This document shows, piece by piece, positions 28,683 to 43,119 of a DNA stretch of 64,000 nucleotides (position 1 is its first letter; each line of letters starts with the position of its first letter). The translations under genes and the position numbers were made by a program. Under the pieces are notes generated by a model. That model was not told the DNA's origin. It ran no database searches and saw only the letters and a list, made by a program, of their open reading frames with translations. Origin of the DNA: Octopus sinensis (lineage: Eukaryota); NCBI RefSeq assembly GCF_006345805.1, contig NC_043000.1, positions 84,630,001 to 84,694,000 of the forward strand, given 5' to 3'.

Positions 28683-30002
28683 AACAATAATAATATTTAC
28701 ATAGCTTATTGTAGGACCTGTGCTGTAAGTAGAAACCCTTCCTCTCTTCAGTCCACTATTTCGTCGTGGCGATGGCAGTTGTGACACTGAGGGCAATTTC
28801 ATTTGCTTCAACTTAGATAATTCCTAGCGCTACAATCCTCAACTTCTTTTGTTTTGTTTGTTTTGGTTTTTGTTTTGTCTGTTTTTGTTTTTGTTTTTTT
28901 TTTTTTTTTTTGTTTTTTGTTTCTTCGTAATATACAATGTAGTATTCTGCGTCTAGTTAAACAGGGCAGCGTAGATTCTCGAACATCATAGATTTGTTGC
29001 CTGAGGAGGTTTAGAGCAACATTTCAACAAAAATATCCATCAATTATACACTGTCCAGTTGCCTATACCAGTAAATTGTTACTTTTGTGGATCATATTAC
29101 TGCTAAATGGACTGGACTATTGTGAACTGGACTTTGGAAAATGAAGTGATTTTGAAAGATACAACGGCCAGTGTAAATGAGATGAGTCAAACAATAGAAA
29201 TCTTGGCTCAGTGATATTGACTCTGTGATATTCTCTGTTATATATGTGATGGTTTTAATATAATACATGAGTATAAGGGGGCGAACTGGCTGAATCGCTA
29301 GCACGTCGTCTGTCTTCACGTTCTGAATTCAAATTCCAACGAAATCGACTTTGCTTTTCCTCCTTTCGGGTTGAGCACTGGGGTCGATGTAATCGACTTA
29401 TCCTCTCCCTTGAAATTGCTGGCCTTGTACCAAAATTTGAAAGCAATATAATACATGAATATAGTGACTGTTGTATGGCTTGATCAATGTAATGTAGATT
29501 GACAGACCAAAGTAGACTGACAGACTAAAGAGTATTAAGTTTCTTTAGTCTATAATCTGATTTAAACCATACCAATTGCCCTTTCCTTTCACTCCTGTAG
29601 GGACAATAAAAAGTATCAGTAACACACTGAGGTAAATGAATAAATCAACAACATGTTTTTACGCTCACTTTGTGTTTAGTCCTAATAAATCATTATTGTG
29701 TGCGATGTTACAAGTCACAATATTTTATAACAAAAAATATGTTAGTCTATCGTGAAACAAAGACAAGTTAGTATGTATATTATCTAAATACGTTATCTGA
29801 GATAATATCATTTGTACGTATATTGTAACCAAAGCCAATGATGGATAGCTTGTAATATCGATGCAGTACGTTAGCTGGCTGGCATGAGATGAATATTCGA
29901 TACCGTCTTTTCACTAAATATTGATTTTGCTTTGACCCAGACGTCCTTTGAAGGTTGCCAATAATGGTGAACATAGGATGTGGTCAGCATCATTAATGAA
30001 AC

Positions 30003-30175
30003 TACGAGGGGGGTGCTGAAAAGTTCCTGGCTTTAAGGGTGTCACGAAAGGCCTGGTTGGAGGCGAAACCTTCCGAGGGCTTAGAAAAACTTAAGGACTG
30101 TTACAATAAGTCTGTAAATATGAAAGGGGAATATGTTGAATAGAATCATAATTAACTGATCCTTCTGTATTTTTT
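30003..30175 (+). mobile_element. Mariner-derived miniature remnant
   Basis: ta|cgagggg...gaaaagttcc terminus followed by GLEKLKDCYNKSVNMKGEYVE*, a mariner-type C-terminus. Confidence 0.65.
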
Positions 30176-31268
30176 CGACGACAAACAGTATTAATAAGGA
30201 TAATTATTATAATAGTAATTATTATAATAGTAGTGAATTGTCACAGAAGAAAATAATACTAATAATATTGATGTTTTTTTCTTTATTAACTGCAACGTCC
30301 CATAGAAATATAAAAATACCGACCAACGTTAAAGTGGGGCTAACAAACATGTGTAGGGTGGATCATTGAAAAAGGGTAGATAAATTCGATCCCTGTGGGA
30401 TTTGCACTCAGAAGGTAAAGGAATATAACTAAATAGCATAATATATTAAGTCAACCACTATGTCGATTTAACCAAGTCACTTTCTTTTGTGGGAACGGAA
30501 GAACAATAGGAATTCTATCAAACGCTGAGTTCAGACTCATTGGGTAATCGTACTTCTGGCTAAACATGTATTCACCATACCCAATAAATATGCCACGTTT
30601 CATAAACTCGATAAACATGCCGCATTCGGTGCACTCAATCAGCATGTCATACACTATACTCTGTGAACACATCACATTCTATTTACCTTATAATTAATAA
30701 ACTACAGTCGTACCTGTGTAGTAAGAAGTTTACTTCCCAACTACATGGTTCCAGGTTCAGTCCCACTGCATGGCACCTTAGGCAAATGTCTTCTACTATA
30801 GCCTCGGGCTGACCAAAGCCTTGTGGGTGAATTGGTAGATGGAAACTGAAAGAAGCCCATCGTATACATGCATACATACTAATACATACATACATACATA
30901 CATACTATATCTATATATATATTATATATATATTATATTATATATATATATATTATATATTATATAATATATATATTATAACATTTATTTATTTATGTGT
31001 TTTGCAAGATTTTGATGTGAAATCGTGTGCTGAAACAGAGATTGGTGATATTAGGAATGGTCATTTGCAGTTTAGCTAATACAGTGTGACGAAAGAACTC
31101 GGAGAAATAAGATTTAAGATTAATATAAAGATAAATAACGCTGAAGCAACGAACACCAAATATATAGTGCGATGTGTGTTTTATGGGCTAAATGGCAAAA
31201 TGACCATTCCTAATACAATACATATATATATATATAATTATATATATATATATATTATATATATATAT

Positions 31269-31307
<39 letters not shown>

Positions 31308-31360
31308 TATATAATATATATATACATAAATATTTAATATAAATATATATATATATATAT

Positions 31361-34300
31361 ATAAAATATTATTGAGACAAAACCACTATTTTGCAAAACA
31401 AACAAGGAAAGACTTAATCAATACATAAAATTTAATAAATAGTCAAAAAAACCGCCACTACAATCGTTTCTTGTCTTGATCGACAATCTTCAGGTGGACT
31501 TCCAATCTAAAAAATCAAAATTTTAAAATATAAAAATAATACTTTTAAATAATTAAAGTATAAATGAAAAAATATAAGTATATAATCCATATATAACCTA
31601 TATATAATCCATATCGAAAATATAGACTAATTACCACGAATTCCCTAAAAAAACCATGATAAAACAAAACTCTTAAAAACATATAACGATAAAATCTCCC
31701 TTTGCTAAACTCTATAACAAACCTATAAAGTAAAACCCCTAACCTAAACATTCACACACAAATACACACACGTAAACCACAGACTCACGACTTATACACA
31801 TACCTATACTAACTTATAAACCTCAATATACACCAAAACCCACTCCCTCCCCACACAGACAAATTAACACATACATCCCAAAACCTAAATAACAAAACCC
31901 ATACACATTCACACACAAAAACACACTCACACGCAAAACACTCACACACAAAAGATACATATACTCCCTCACATATACGCCTATACATACTCACTAAACT
32001 CGACATATACAACAATACTTACACACCCACAAAAACATTATATACATTTATGAGCTTTAACTCACCTTAGCATCTCTAACAAACAACTTGCAGTAACCCA
32101 ATCCCATTCTCTATGCCTACCTCACTACTACACTATTCCATTCACATTCCAAGCAACGCTAGTCCTAGTCCACCACCCGGTTATTCACGTGGCAAAACGA
32201 ACACCACTCAAAAATTATGAATGAAACAATGTAAAAAATAACCAACACCTAAAATAGACAAAATACCACGAATTACCTAAAAAAAACCATGATAAACCAA
32301 AACTCATAAAAGCATATAACGATAAAATCTCCCTTTGCTAAACCCTATAACAAACTTATATAGCAATCCCCCTAACCTAAACATTCACACACAAAAAACC
32401 CACACGTAAACCACAGACCCAAGACTTATACACAAACCTATACTAACTTATAAACCTCAATATACACCAAAAACCACTCCCTCCCCACACAGACAAATTA
32501 ACACATACATCCCAAATCCTAAATAACAAACCCAAATACACATTCACACACAAACACACACACACGCAAAACACACACACACAACAGATACATATGCTCC
32601 CTCACATATACGCATATACATACTCACTAAAACTCGATATATACAACAATATTTACACCCACACTCATACAGATAATAAATTAATTATACAATTAAAAAC
32701 TCACAACCAATCTCATACATAAACACTCTTATGAAAACAACAATAAATACATCGTAATTAACCAGAATATCAAAAATAACATTATGACATAAGGATAAAT
32801 CAAATACATACTTACAATTCAGTTACAAATTATGAAGTGAAATTAGATTTTTAGCCGTTAAAAAACCAAACAAAATTACGTTACCATGGAAATAACTAAT
32901 GTAAAAAAAGAATACGCGCCATAGAAAGTAAACGTCATTCATAGTATGAATGGAGAAATATAATAAATGGAACTAAAAACTATTTCCACGTAGCAAACCA
33001 ACGCTACTTAAAAAAATTTATTATGAATGGATTCTTTAAAAACTATCATGAAAAATCAATTATATACATTATGAGCTTTAGCTCACCCTAGCAACTCTAA
33101 CAAACAACTTACAGTAACCCATACTCAATGCCTACCTCATTACCACCCTAATCCATTCACAATTCCAAGCAACACTAGTCCACCACCCGGTTACAATTCC
33201 CAACTCTACCCATTCATTCACAATTTCAACGACGTTCCCTTCAACAACTCTACATATAAGCCTCAACATATACACCGGAGATACACTTACACATCCGTGC
33301 GGATGGGTGAGAGTATACATTAAGTGTAGTGATGGGGCTCCCATTTCTAAACACATTTGTACCTGTGTGGTAGTCTCCATGTGTATATTCACGCACGGGT
33401 ATAAATGCAGGGGGTACACGCTCACTTCATTTACGTGTACCCCCTCACATGTACATATGCATACTATTTTGGCTCGATATATGCAACAATGTAATCGCGC
33501 CCGTGTGTGTGAGCATTCACTGGTTGTGCAATTCACCCATCTGGGTGTGAGTGGGTGTAAACTTATCACTGTGGAGGTCGAGCTTGATACGTATATATTA
33601 GTGTGTATTAGGGGTTGTACGTACTAATTATGTTCATGTGCTTCACGCACTTGCGTCCATGTATGGAAGAATATATTGGGATTACTATGTAGGTGTAAAT
33701 AGGGTATGGGGGAGTTTTGTCATTGTATGGGTGTGGGTTTCATTGTGATGGTGGTTAGTTGGTGATTATTAGTATGTTCTGTATATTAGGGCTAGTATGT
33801 ATTATTCAAGTGTGTATAATTTATACATATAATTGGTGTGAATGGGATTACTCCCTTTTTTTTTTTTTTTTTTTTTTTTTTATTATTTTTAGGGGATGTA
33901 TGTGTTTATTTATCCATGTGGGGCTGGAGTGGCCGTTAGGTGCATATGCTGAGGCTCACATGCAAACCCAAGTACAACGAATGAAGTGGGCACTTATAAT
34001 TGTTATGGGTGTGTACTTTATTATAAAAGACAATACCCAAATAAAATCTGTCAATTCAACATACAAATAAAAAACAAAAAACAAAGGGATCTTAAACATT
34101 CACACATACATACAAAACTCAATAAAAACACCACTAAATAACACCCAAAAACATATAAATATATCCAAAATACATATAACAAATGCAAAATAAAATACAT
34201 AATAAAATAAAATAAATAAAAATAAAAATAAAAAAATAAAAAATCTAATATAAATTATTAAAGTTTTAACGTACCATAAACTGCTAAATTAATATACATT

Positions 34301-34383
34301 AAAAATGAACTAATTAAAACAAAACAAGAAATATCAATAAAGACTAACTATAATTAAATCCTAGACAACATAACCAAAAATAT
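31361..34383 (-). repeat. 3' pseudo-LTR (~3.0 kb)
   Basis: Near-identical to ~37087-40109; internal duplications ~31630-32000 vs ~32265-32650 and ~32040-32180 vs ~33060-33190. Confidence 0.9.
31455..31497 (-). ncRNA. Minimal type I hammerhead ribozyme (pLTR copy 1)
   Basis: ccac CTGAAGA ttgtc-gatcaa-gacaa GAAA c gatt GTA gtgg; all core residues intact. Confidence 0.85.
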
Positions 34384-34438
34384 ATCATCTAAACTAATTT
34401 AAACTAAACTAAAATAACCTAAAAGGGAACTATTATTG

Positions 34439-36945
34439 CTATTTATCATGAAACTTATTATATAAGTAAAGTAACTTGTGTCTACATTTTATTTTGCGCT
34501 CCTCCCCAGTATTAAGTAAATTATCATACTTATAAAATAAAATTTCTTTAAACTCATTAGAGCATAAATAACAACAATTAGCTATATTATATGATTTAGT
34601 TTTACAAATTATTTCCCATATTAAACTATAATTAATATTTAGTGATTTAAGACTCCAAATATACTTACTAAGTCCGGTTGAGTTGATTAAGTTTTTATTT
34701 TTAAAAGAATTCATATGTTGTGCAATTCTTAGTTTTATTTTTGAGGAAGTAGAACCTATATAAACCGCTTTTGTGTAATTATTATTCTTAAAGTTATTAT
34801 CATGTAATGTAACTATACATTTATACACTACATCGTTAATATCACAATTATTATTTAATATACAATTAGATTTATCTCTACATGTACAATTAATATAAGT
34901 CTTATCATTATTAATATTATTATCAAATAATTTCTTTTTATAAAAATTATTCAGTTTATATTATTAAATGAAGAAATAATGTTACCAACATTATTAGTGG
35001 TAGAGTAACCAACTCCAAAATTATTAAAAGAGAAAATGTTTCTATATTTACGATTATCTCTAATAAATAGTTCTATAACATCTAAAATCTCTTTAATAAT
35101 ATTCGTTTTAACTTGATCTCCATAAGGAACTATTAACCAAATTTTATTCTTATTAACCTTATTATTATTATCATTATTATAAATATATTTATAATTCTTT
35201 ATTTTATTAAAATTATTATCAGAATTATATCTATGTACAGCATTTAAGGAATTATTAATATTATTAAATTTATCAATATAATTATTATAATAATTATTAA
35301 ATTTATTTTTATTTATATTATTCTTATTTATATTATTATTATTATTTATTATTATTATTATTATTCTTATTTATATTTTTATCATTTTTATTATTTTTTT
35401 ATAATATCTATTATTTTTACCACTAAACGTAACAAAATTATAATTATTATTAGAAGTATCTCGAAAATTATCATTTAAATCATTATCGCTAATATTATAA
35501 AATTTAATATTCTTATTATAACCTGCCCCTCTAAGGGCCTCATTATAATAATTAGCATGTTTATTAAAAATCTCTATATCATAAGAGAGTAATGAAATAC
35601 GTTTACTTATATTATTAATCAACGATTTTTTAATAGAAAATGGGTGATTACTATTAACATTTATATATCTAAGGTTCTCATTAAGTTTATGATATGGTTG
35701 TGTTTTACCTGTAATAAGATTAAAATTAACATCTAAATAATTAACATTATAATTCTCCTTATATATAGTAATACGTAAACCATATCTTTTAAAGAAACTA
35801 TATAGTTTTTCTTATATACTTCTAGATTCCTATTAGTACAATTCTTTGTAACTAGTAGAAGATCGTCTCTATATAAACCACCCTCTATCTTAAGATTTTC
35901 TAATTGGAGTTCAGATAAAAGAAAAATACCTACTAAATCAGTAGCCTGTGCAGAATCTGGTGCTCCCATAGGTATATCAAAACAATCTCTAGTATCATTC
36001 CTAGCCCATAATTTATTTTTATATTTAATTAGCGATTTCCTAGCCAATTTAATTACATTAACTTCTTCCCGTGACATGCCCACTTTATTCATTGCGAAAA
36101 TAAGCGCTTTATTAAACACATTTCATTAATAGAAGAATAATAATTATCTATATCTATTTGAATAAATTTATAACGATTTTTATCTTTAATATTATTAAAC
36201 CATTTCAATGTATTATTATTACTAAACCATAATTTTAAATAATTAAGTTTATTTAACTTATCAATATATTTATCTAAAATAAATTTACTTAATTTACCTA
36301 GGTCCGATTTACATGGGCAAATTAATCTAACTTTAGGGTCTGAATAAAAATTATCTTTATGGTCTTTAAGAGTAATTCTGGGGTGCAAAGGTACATAAGG
36401 TTCAGTTTTATTATCCAACTCATATTTTAACATTACTACTTTAGAGGCCTTATTAATATTATAAAGAATATCATCTGGAACAATTTTATATTTTTTAATT
36501 ATTTCTTTCCCTAATAGTTTATCATATAATTTAACATCTAATTTATATAAGTTCCTTGTTTTATCAGATTGTACTATAATACTATCCATATTTCTCATAT
36601 CTTTAATTTTATTGCTAAATTCCTTAAATATTCATTATTTCTATTTGGGTATTTATGGAATTCAATATTTTTTACCACCTTCCATATACTATCTTCAAGT
36701 AATTGTAATTCTTTATTAAATGGAGGTTCCTTTCTAGATTTAAATTTAGAGGTATAATTATCATTCCTACTATCAATATCATTAAATAAATAAAAATTAT
36801 AGTAAAAAGCTTTCCATTTAATTCTAGAAATAAAATCTTTAACATTATTAACAAGTTTCAAGATAAATTCCTTTCTAGAAGGAATAGGAATATCTTTCAA
36901 AGATGAATCCCAAAACAGCGGTTCTATCTTACCTGTAAAATCCAT
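34439..36945 (-). CDS. Penelope-like reverse transcriptase + GIY-YIG endonuclease (about 5 single-base frameshifts in this assembly)
   Basis: SLKDIPIP...RIKWKAF; DKTRNLY; ITLKDHK...VRLICP; IDIDNYYSSI; PMGAPDS; YRDDLL; NSNHP; CTCR..C...C; VYKC...YIGST...LRIAQH...CYLCSNE...LLN...CRH; ATG (MDFTGK) at 36945 is a presumed start. Confidence 0.92.
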
Positions 36946-36995
36946 AATTTGCGAAATTGAGGTATTACACTCAATATACAAAATTATCAATATTA

Positions 36996-39900
36996 TATAA
37001 ATAATAAATATTAGGGAATATATCCAAATTTACAGGGAAAAAAAAAATCAGATTTAGGATTAAATCCAATTTTATAGTAAAATATTATAAAATATTATTT
37101 GAGACAAAACCACTATTTTGCAAAACAAACAAGGAAAGACTTAATCAATACATAAAATTTAATAAATAGTCAAAAAAACCGCCACTACAATCGTTTCTTG
37201 TCTTGATCGACAATCTTCAGGTGGACTTCCAATCTAAAAAATCAAAATTTTAAAATATAAAAATAATACTTTTAAATAATTAAAGTAAATGAAAAAATAT
37301 AAGTATATAATCCATATATAACCTATATATAATCCATATCGAAAATATAGACTAATTACCACGAATTCCCTAAAAAAACCATGATAAAACAAAACTTTAA
37401 AAACATATAACGATAAAATCTCCCTTTGCTAAACTCTATAACAAACCTATAAAGTAAACCCCCTAACCTAAACATTCACACACAAATACACACACGTAAA
37501 CCACAGACTCACGACTTATACACATACCTATACTAACTATAAACCTCAATATACACCAAAACCCACTCCCTCCCCACACAGACAAATTAACACATACATC
37601 CCAAAACCTAAATAACAAACCCATATACACATTCACACACAAAACACACACTCACACGCAAAACACTCACACACAAAAGATACATATACTCCCTCACATA
37701 TACGCCTATACATACTCACTAAACTCGACATATACAACATACTTACACACCCACAAAAACATTATATACATTTATGAGCTTTAACTCACCTTAGCATCTC
37801 TAACAAACAACTTGCAGTAACCCAATCCCATTCTCTATGCCTACCTCACTACTACACTATTCCATTCACATTCCAAGCAACGCTAGTCCACCACCCGGTT
37901 ATTCACGTGGCAAAACGAACACCACTCAAAAATTATGAATGAAACAATGTAAAAAAATAACCAACACCTAAAATAGACAAAATACCACGAATTACCTAAA
38001 AAAAACCATGATAAACCAAAACTCATAAAAGCATATAACGATAAAATCTCCCTTTGCTAAACCCTATAACAAACTTATATAGCAATCCCCCTAACCTAAA
38101 CATTCACACACAAAAAACCCACACGTAAACCACAGACCCAAGACTTATACACAAACTATACTAACTTATAAACCTCAATATACACCAAAAACCACTCCCT
38201 CCCCACACAGACAAATTAACACATACATCCCAAATCCTAAATAACAAACCCAAATACACATTCACACACAAAACACACACACACGCAAAACACACACACA
38301 CAACAGATACATATGCTCCCTCACATATACGCATATACATACTCACTAAAACTCGATATATACAACAATATTTACACCCACACTCATACAGATAAATAAA
38401 TTAATTATACAATTAAAAACTCACAACCAATCTCATATACATAAACACTCTTATGAAAACAACAATAAATACATCGTAATTAACCAGAATATCAAAAATA
38501 ACATTATGACATAAGGATAATAAATCAAATACATACTTACAATTCAGTTACAAATTATGAAGTGAAATTAGATTTTTAGCCGTTAAAAACCAAACAAAAT
38601 TACGTTACCATGGAAATAACTAATGTAAAAAAAGAATACGCGCCATAGAAAGTAAACGTCATTCATAGTATGAATGGAGAAATATAATAAATGGAACTAA
38701 AAAACTATTCCACGTAGCAAACCAACGCTACTTAAAAAAATTTATTATGAATGGATTCTTTAAAAACTATCATGAAAAATCAATTATATACATTATGAGC
38801 TTTAGCTCACCCTAGCAACTCTAACAAACAACTTACAGTAACCCATACTCAATGCCTACCTCATTACCACCCTAATCCATTCACAATTCCAAGCAACACT
38901 AGTCCACCACACGGTTACAATTCCCAACTCTACCCATTCATTCACAATTTCAACGACGTTCCCTTCAACAACTTACATATAAGCCTCAACATATACACCG
39001 GAGATACACTTACACATCCGTGCGGATGGGTGAGAGTATACATTAAGTGTAGTGATGGGGTTCCCATTTCTAAACACATTTGTACCTGTGTGGTAGTCTC
39101 CATGTGTATATTCACGCACGGGTATAAATACAGGGGGTACACGCTCACTTCATTACGTGTACCCCCCACATGTACATATGCATACTATTTGGCTCGATAA
39201 TGCAAAATGTAATCGCGCCCGTATGTGTGAGCATTCACTGGTTGTGCAATTCACCCATCTGGGTGTGATTGTGTGTAAACTTATCACTGTGGAGGTCGAG
39301 CTTGATACGTATATATTAGTGTGTATTAGGGGTTGTACGTACTAATTATGTTCATGTGCTTCACGCACTTGCGTCCATGTATGGAAGAATATATTGGGAT
39401 TACTATGTAGGTGTAAATAGGGTATGGGGGAGTTTTGTCATTGTATGGGTGTGGGTTTCATTGTGATGGTGGTTAGTTGGTGATTATTAGTATGTTCAGT
39501 ATATTAGGGCTAGTATGTATTATTCAAGTGTGTATATTGTATACATATAATTGGTGTGAATGGGATTACTCCCTTTTTTTTTTTTTTTTTTTTTTTATTT
39601 TTTTTTTTTATTATTTTAGGGGATGTATGTGTTTATTTATCCATGTGGGGCTGGAGTGGCCGTTAGGTGCATATGCTGAGGCTCACATGCAAACCCAAAT
39701 ACAACGAATGAAGTGGGCACTTATAATTGTTATGGGTGTGTACTTTATTATAAAAGACAATACCCAAATAAAATCTGTCAATTCAACATACAAATAAAAA
39801 ACAAAAAACAAAGGGATCTTAAACATTCACACATACATACAAAACTCAATAAAAACACCACTATAATACACCCAAAAACATATAAATATATCCTCAAAAT

Positions 39901-40109
39901 ACATATAACAAATGCAAAATAAAAATACATAAAAAATAAAATAAATAAAAATAAAATAATAAAAAATAAAAAAATCTAATATAAGTTATTAAAGTTTTAA
40001 CGTACCATAAACTGTAAATTAATATACATTAAAAATGAACTAATTAAAACAAAGAAATATCAATAAAGACAAACTATAATTAAATCCTAGACAACATAAC
40101 CAAAAATAT
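36996..40109 (-). repeat. 5' pseudo-LTR (~3.1 kb)
   Basis: Direct repeat of 31361-34383 plus ~90 extra ORF-proximal bases. Confidence 0.9.
37182..37224 (-). ncRNA. Minimal type I hammerhead ribozyme (pLTR copy 2, ~240 nt upstream of the ATG)
   Basis: Identical 43-nt motif to copy 1. Confidence 0.85.
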
Positions 40110-41054
40110 TATTTTTTTACATTGTTTCATTCATAATTTTGAGTGGTTCGTTTGCCACGTGAATAACGGGTGGTGGACTAGCGTTGCTTGGAATGTGAAT
40201 GGAATAGTGTAGTAGTGAGGTAGGCATAGAGAATGGGCTGGGTTATGCAAGTTGTTTGTTAGAGATGCTAAGGTGAGTTAAAGCTCATAAATGTATATAA
40301 TGGTTTTGTGGGTGTGTAAGTATTGTTGTATATGTCGAGTTTAGTGAGTATGTATAGGCGTATATGTGAGGGAGTATATGTATCTTTTGTGTGTGAGTGT
40401 TTTGCGTGTGAGTGTGTGTTTTGTGTGTGAATGTGTATATGGGTTGTTATTTAGGTTTTGGGATGTATGTGTTAATTTGTCTGTGTGGGGAGGGAGTGGG
40501 TTTTGGTGTATATTGAGGTTTTATAAGTAGTATAGGTATGTGTATAAGTCGTGAGTTTGTGGTTTATGTGTGTGTATTTGTGTGTGAATGTTTAGGTTAG
40601 GGGGTTTACTTTATAGGTTTGTTATAGAGTTTAGCCAAAGGGAGATTTTATCGTTATATGTTTTAAAAGTTTTGTTTTATCATGTTTTTTTAGGAATTCG
40701 TGGTAATTAGTCTATATTTTCGATATGGATTATATATAGGTTATATATGGATTATATACTTATATTTTTTCATTTATACTTTAATTATTAAAAGTATTAT
40801 TTTTATATTTAAAATTTTGATTTTTTAGATTGGAAGTCCACCTGAAGATTGTCGATCAAGACAAGAAACGATTGTAGTGGCGGTTTTTTTTGACTATTAT
40901 TAAATTTTAGTATTGATTAAGTCTTTCCTTGTTTGTTTTGCAAAATAGTGGTTTTGTCTCAAATAATATTTTATAATATTTTACTATAAAATGGATTTAA
41001 TCCTAAATCTGATTTTTTTTTCCCTGTAAATTTGGATATATTCCCTAATATTTA

Positions 41055-41062
<8 letters not shown>
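40109..41062 (+). repeat. Inverted partial pseudo-LTR (~950 bp)
   Basis: Reverse complement of ~36996-37960, fused directly to the end of the 5' pseudo-LTR. Confidence 0.9.
40838..40880 (+). ncRNA. Minimal type I hammerhead ribozyme (inverted pLTR copy)
   Basis: ccacCTGAAGAttgtcgatcaagacaaGAAAcgattGTAgtgg on the plus strand. Confidence 0.85.
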
Positions 41063-41092
<30 letters not shown>

Positions 41093-41480
41093 CTGCAGTA
41101 TCGCCCGGCGTTGCTCGAGGTTTATTTCGACCCGCTGGAATTGGAATTTATTGAAAAGTAAAACTTTTGCATTATGTAGCTTGTTATTCTCTTGAAGTGA
41201 ATATTTTTCTAGTTGAAATACACCGAAAAGTGGCGACACAGCAGTGAAAAAATCGTAAGAAATAGGGATTTTCACAGAAAAAAGCACGTTTTTTATGTAA
41301 ATAATTTTTGGTGTTAAGATGGTCCGATTTGAATTTTATCTTCTACAGAAGGAAGAGCAACCCTTCTTCTATCATACTCTCAATTTTGGTCAACTTGCGC
41401 CGCAGGGTCTCGGAGGAGATAGTGTTAGTTGAAGGCTACCAAACCTGCCGCACACAGACAACTTCAGCTTTATATAGAGA
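41093..41480 (-). mobile_element. Non-autonomous Helitron
   Basis: Minus strand begins TCTCTATATAAAGC and ends with hairpin cgagcaacgccggg plus a decayed CTAG-type end, similar to the terminus at 56898. Confidence 0.65.
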
Positions 41481-43033
41481 AAGAGATAACACACACACAC
41501 ATTAATACACATACATACACACACACATGTATGTATGTATGGTTGGATGTATGTATATATGTACATCTGTACACTTCTTGCCATATTTTTATCCTTCACT
41601 TCCTACATACACACACACACACTCTCACACACACACGCACGCCACACTACATACACACGTTAGCTTACAATTTCTTTCTTTCAACAATTGACAACTGAAG
41701 TACGCTCGCCAATGAATACTACCAAAAGTTAGCGACAGATCTCTGTTTCCTTTTTTTTTTGAGGATTGGTTTAAGCATTAATAAGAGAAAGTAGCAGAAT
41801 GTGTGATGTTGAATAAGAGTTGCAGAAAGAGGATATGATAGTGGTATACACTTGCAAAGAGAAAGTAGGAGAAAGTGTGATAATAGCACATGAGAGAAAG
41901 TGTGGTAATAGCAAATGAGAGAGGCAAATCGTAAAATATTGAGTTTTCTCGAATTTTCTCGAAATTGAAAAAAAATGTATATGCCATGACCCAATGGAAT
42001 CTACTTCGAAAAATCATAGGTAAATTCCAATTGAAGAAATTCTATTTTGTACAATTGTATTAAAAACAAACGTAGTGAGAGGCAGAGAAAATCTGCCTTT
42101 TATCATAAGAGATATATGTTTGTGAGTTTTTGGGTCTGTGTATGTCCCCTCACTACCGCTTGACAACCGGTGTTAGTATGTTAACATCTCTGCAAATAGC
42201 GGTTCGGCAAAAAACCGATAGAATAAGTACTAGGCTTTAAAAAAAAGAGTCCTGGAGTTGATTTGTTTGACTAGTTACCCTTGAAGGTGGTACCCCAGCA
42301 TGACCGCAGTTAAATGACTGAAACAATTAAGAGATAAAAGATACAAGTTATGGCGATGAATGAAAAGTTTTAGAGCTGCTCAAACAATGTCACACAAACA
42401 TTAAAAACAACAATCTTCTACGAGGAAAGACTATAGCCTTGATATAACAGGTTTTATTACATCATATATTTACTCCTGCAAACCACTAGAAATTCCTGAT
42501 GACAATTTCGCAATTAATTATTATTAAATTTCTCCATTTAGTGTTCTCTGTCCAATTAGCATAAAATCATTAGTATTCTCAATGTCTCTGTCTAAAGACT
42601 ACCATTAAGATGAAGAGTTTATTTTTAGAAAATAGCAGTAGGTCAACAGCATTTGAAACGTCGTAGATACGGGATTCTAAAACGGTCTACTGACACTGGT
42701 TACCGCAGAATCATGCCAAATTCTTCTGAACATATATTTGTAACTGTATGAATATTTGCAGTAAGATTAAGTAACTACTGATTCCATTAGTCATTAGAAA
42801 ATTATCCTGGCACGTAATCCGGGGCAATAGGACTTGAGCTTAAAGTAAAGAAACATTTTCAAATATTTTTATAGGTGCAGGCGTGGCTACGTCATTAAGA
42901 AGCTTGCTTTCTAACCATGTGATTATGGGTTCATTCTTACAGTGTTGCACGTCGTCAAGTGTCTTCTACTACCTCCTCAGGCGGACCAAAGACATGTGAA
43001 AGACTTGGCAGACAGAAACAGAAAGAAACTAGC

Positions 43034-43078
<45 letters not shown>

Positions 43079-43119
43079 CATACATAATTATTTATACTTT
43101 TATTAAAATACGTGGATAA

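Larger units (their letters stand above)
31361..41062 (-). mobile_element. Penelope-like retroelement (EN+, Naiad-like) with tandem and inverted pseudo-LTRs, inserted in (TA)n
   Basis: RT + GIY-YIG ORF between near-identical direct repeats, a terminal inverted copy, hammerheads in each repeat, TA arrays on both flanks, no evident TSD. Confidence 0.93.

Noticed and set aside
34951-34953. TGA in the PLE ORF as a possible selenocysteine codon (some Naiad elements use Sec)
   Set aside because: The downstream EN domain is in a different frame, so read-through would not restore it; a missing A in ataaactg explains it, and I identified no SECIS
41720-42112. Second non-autonomous Helitron (minus-strand TCTCTTATGATAAAAGGC start)
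   Set aside because: No convincing 3' hairpin or CTRR end found
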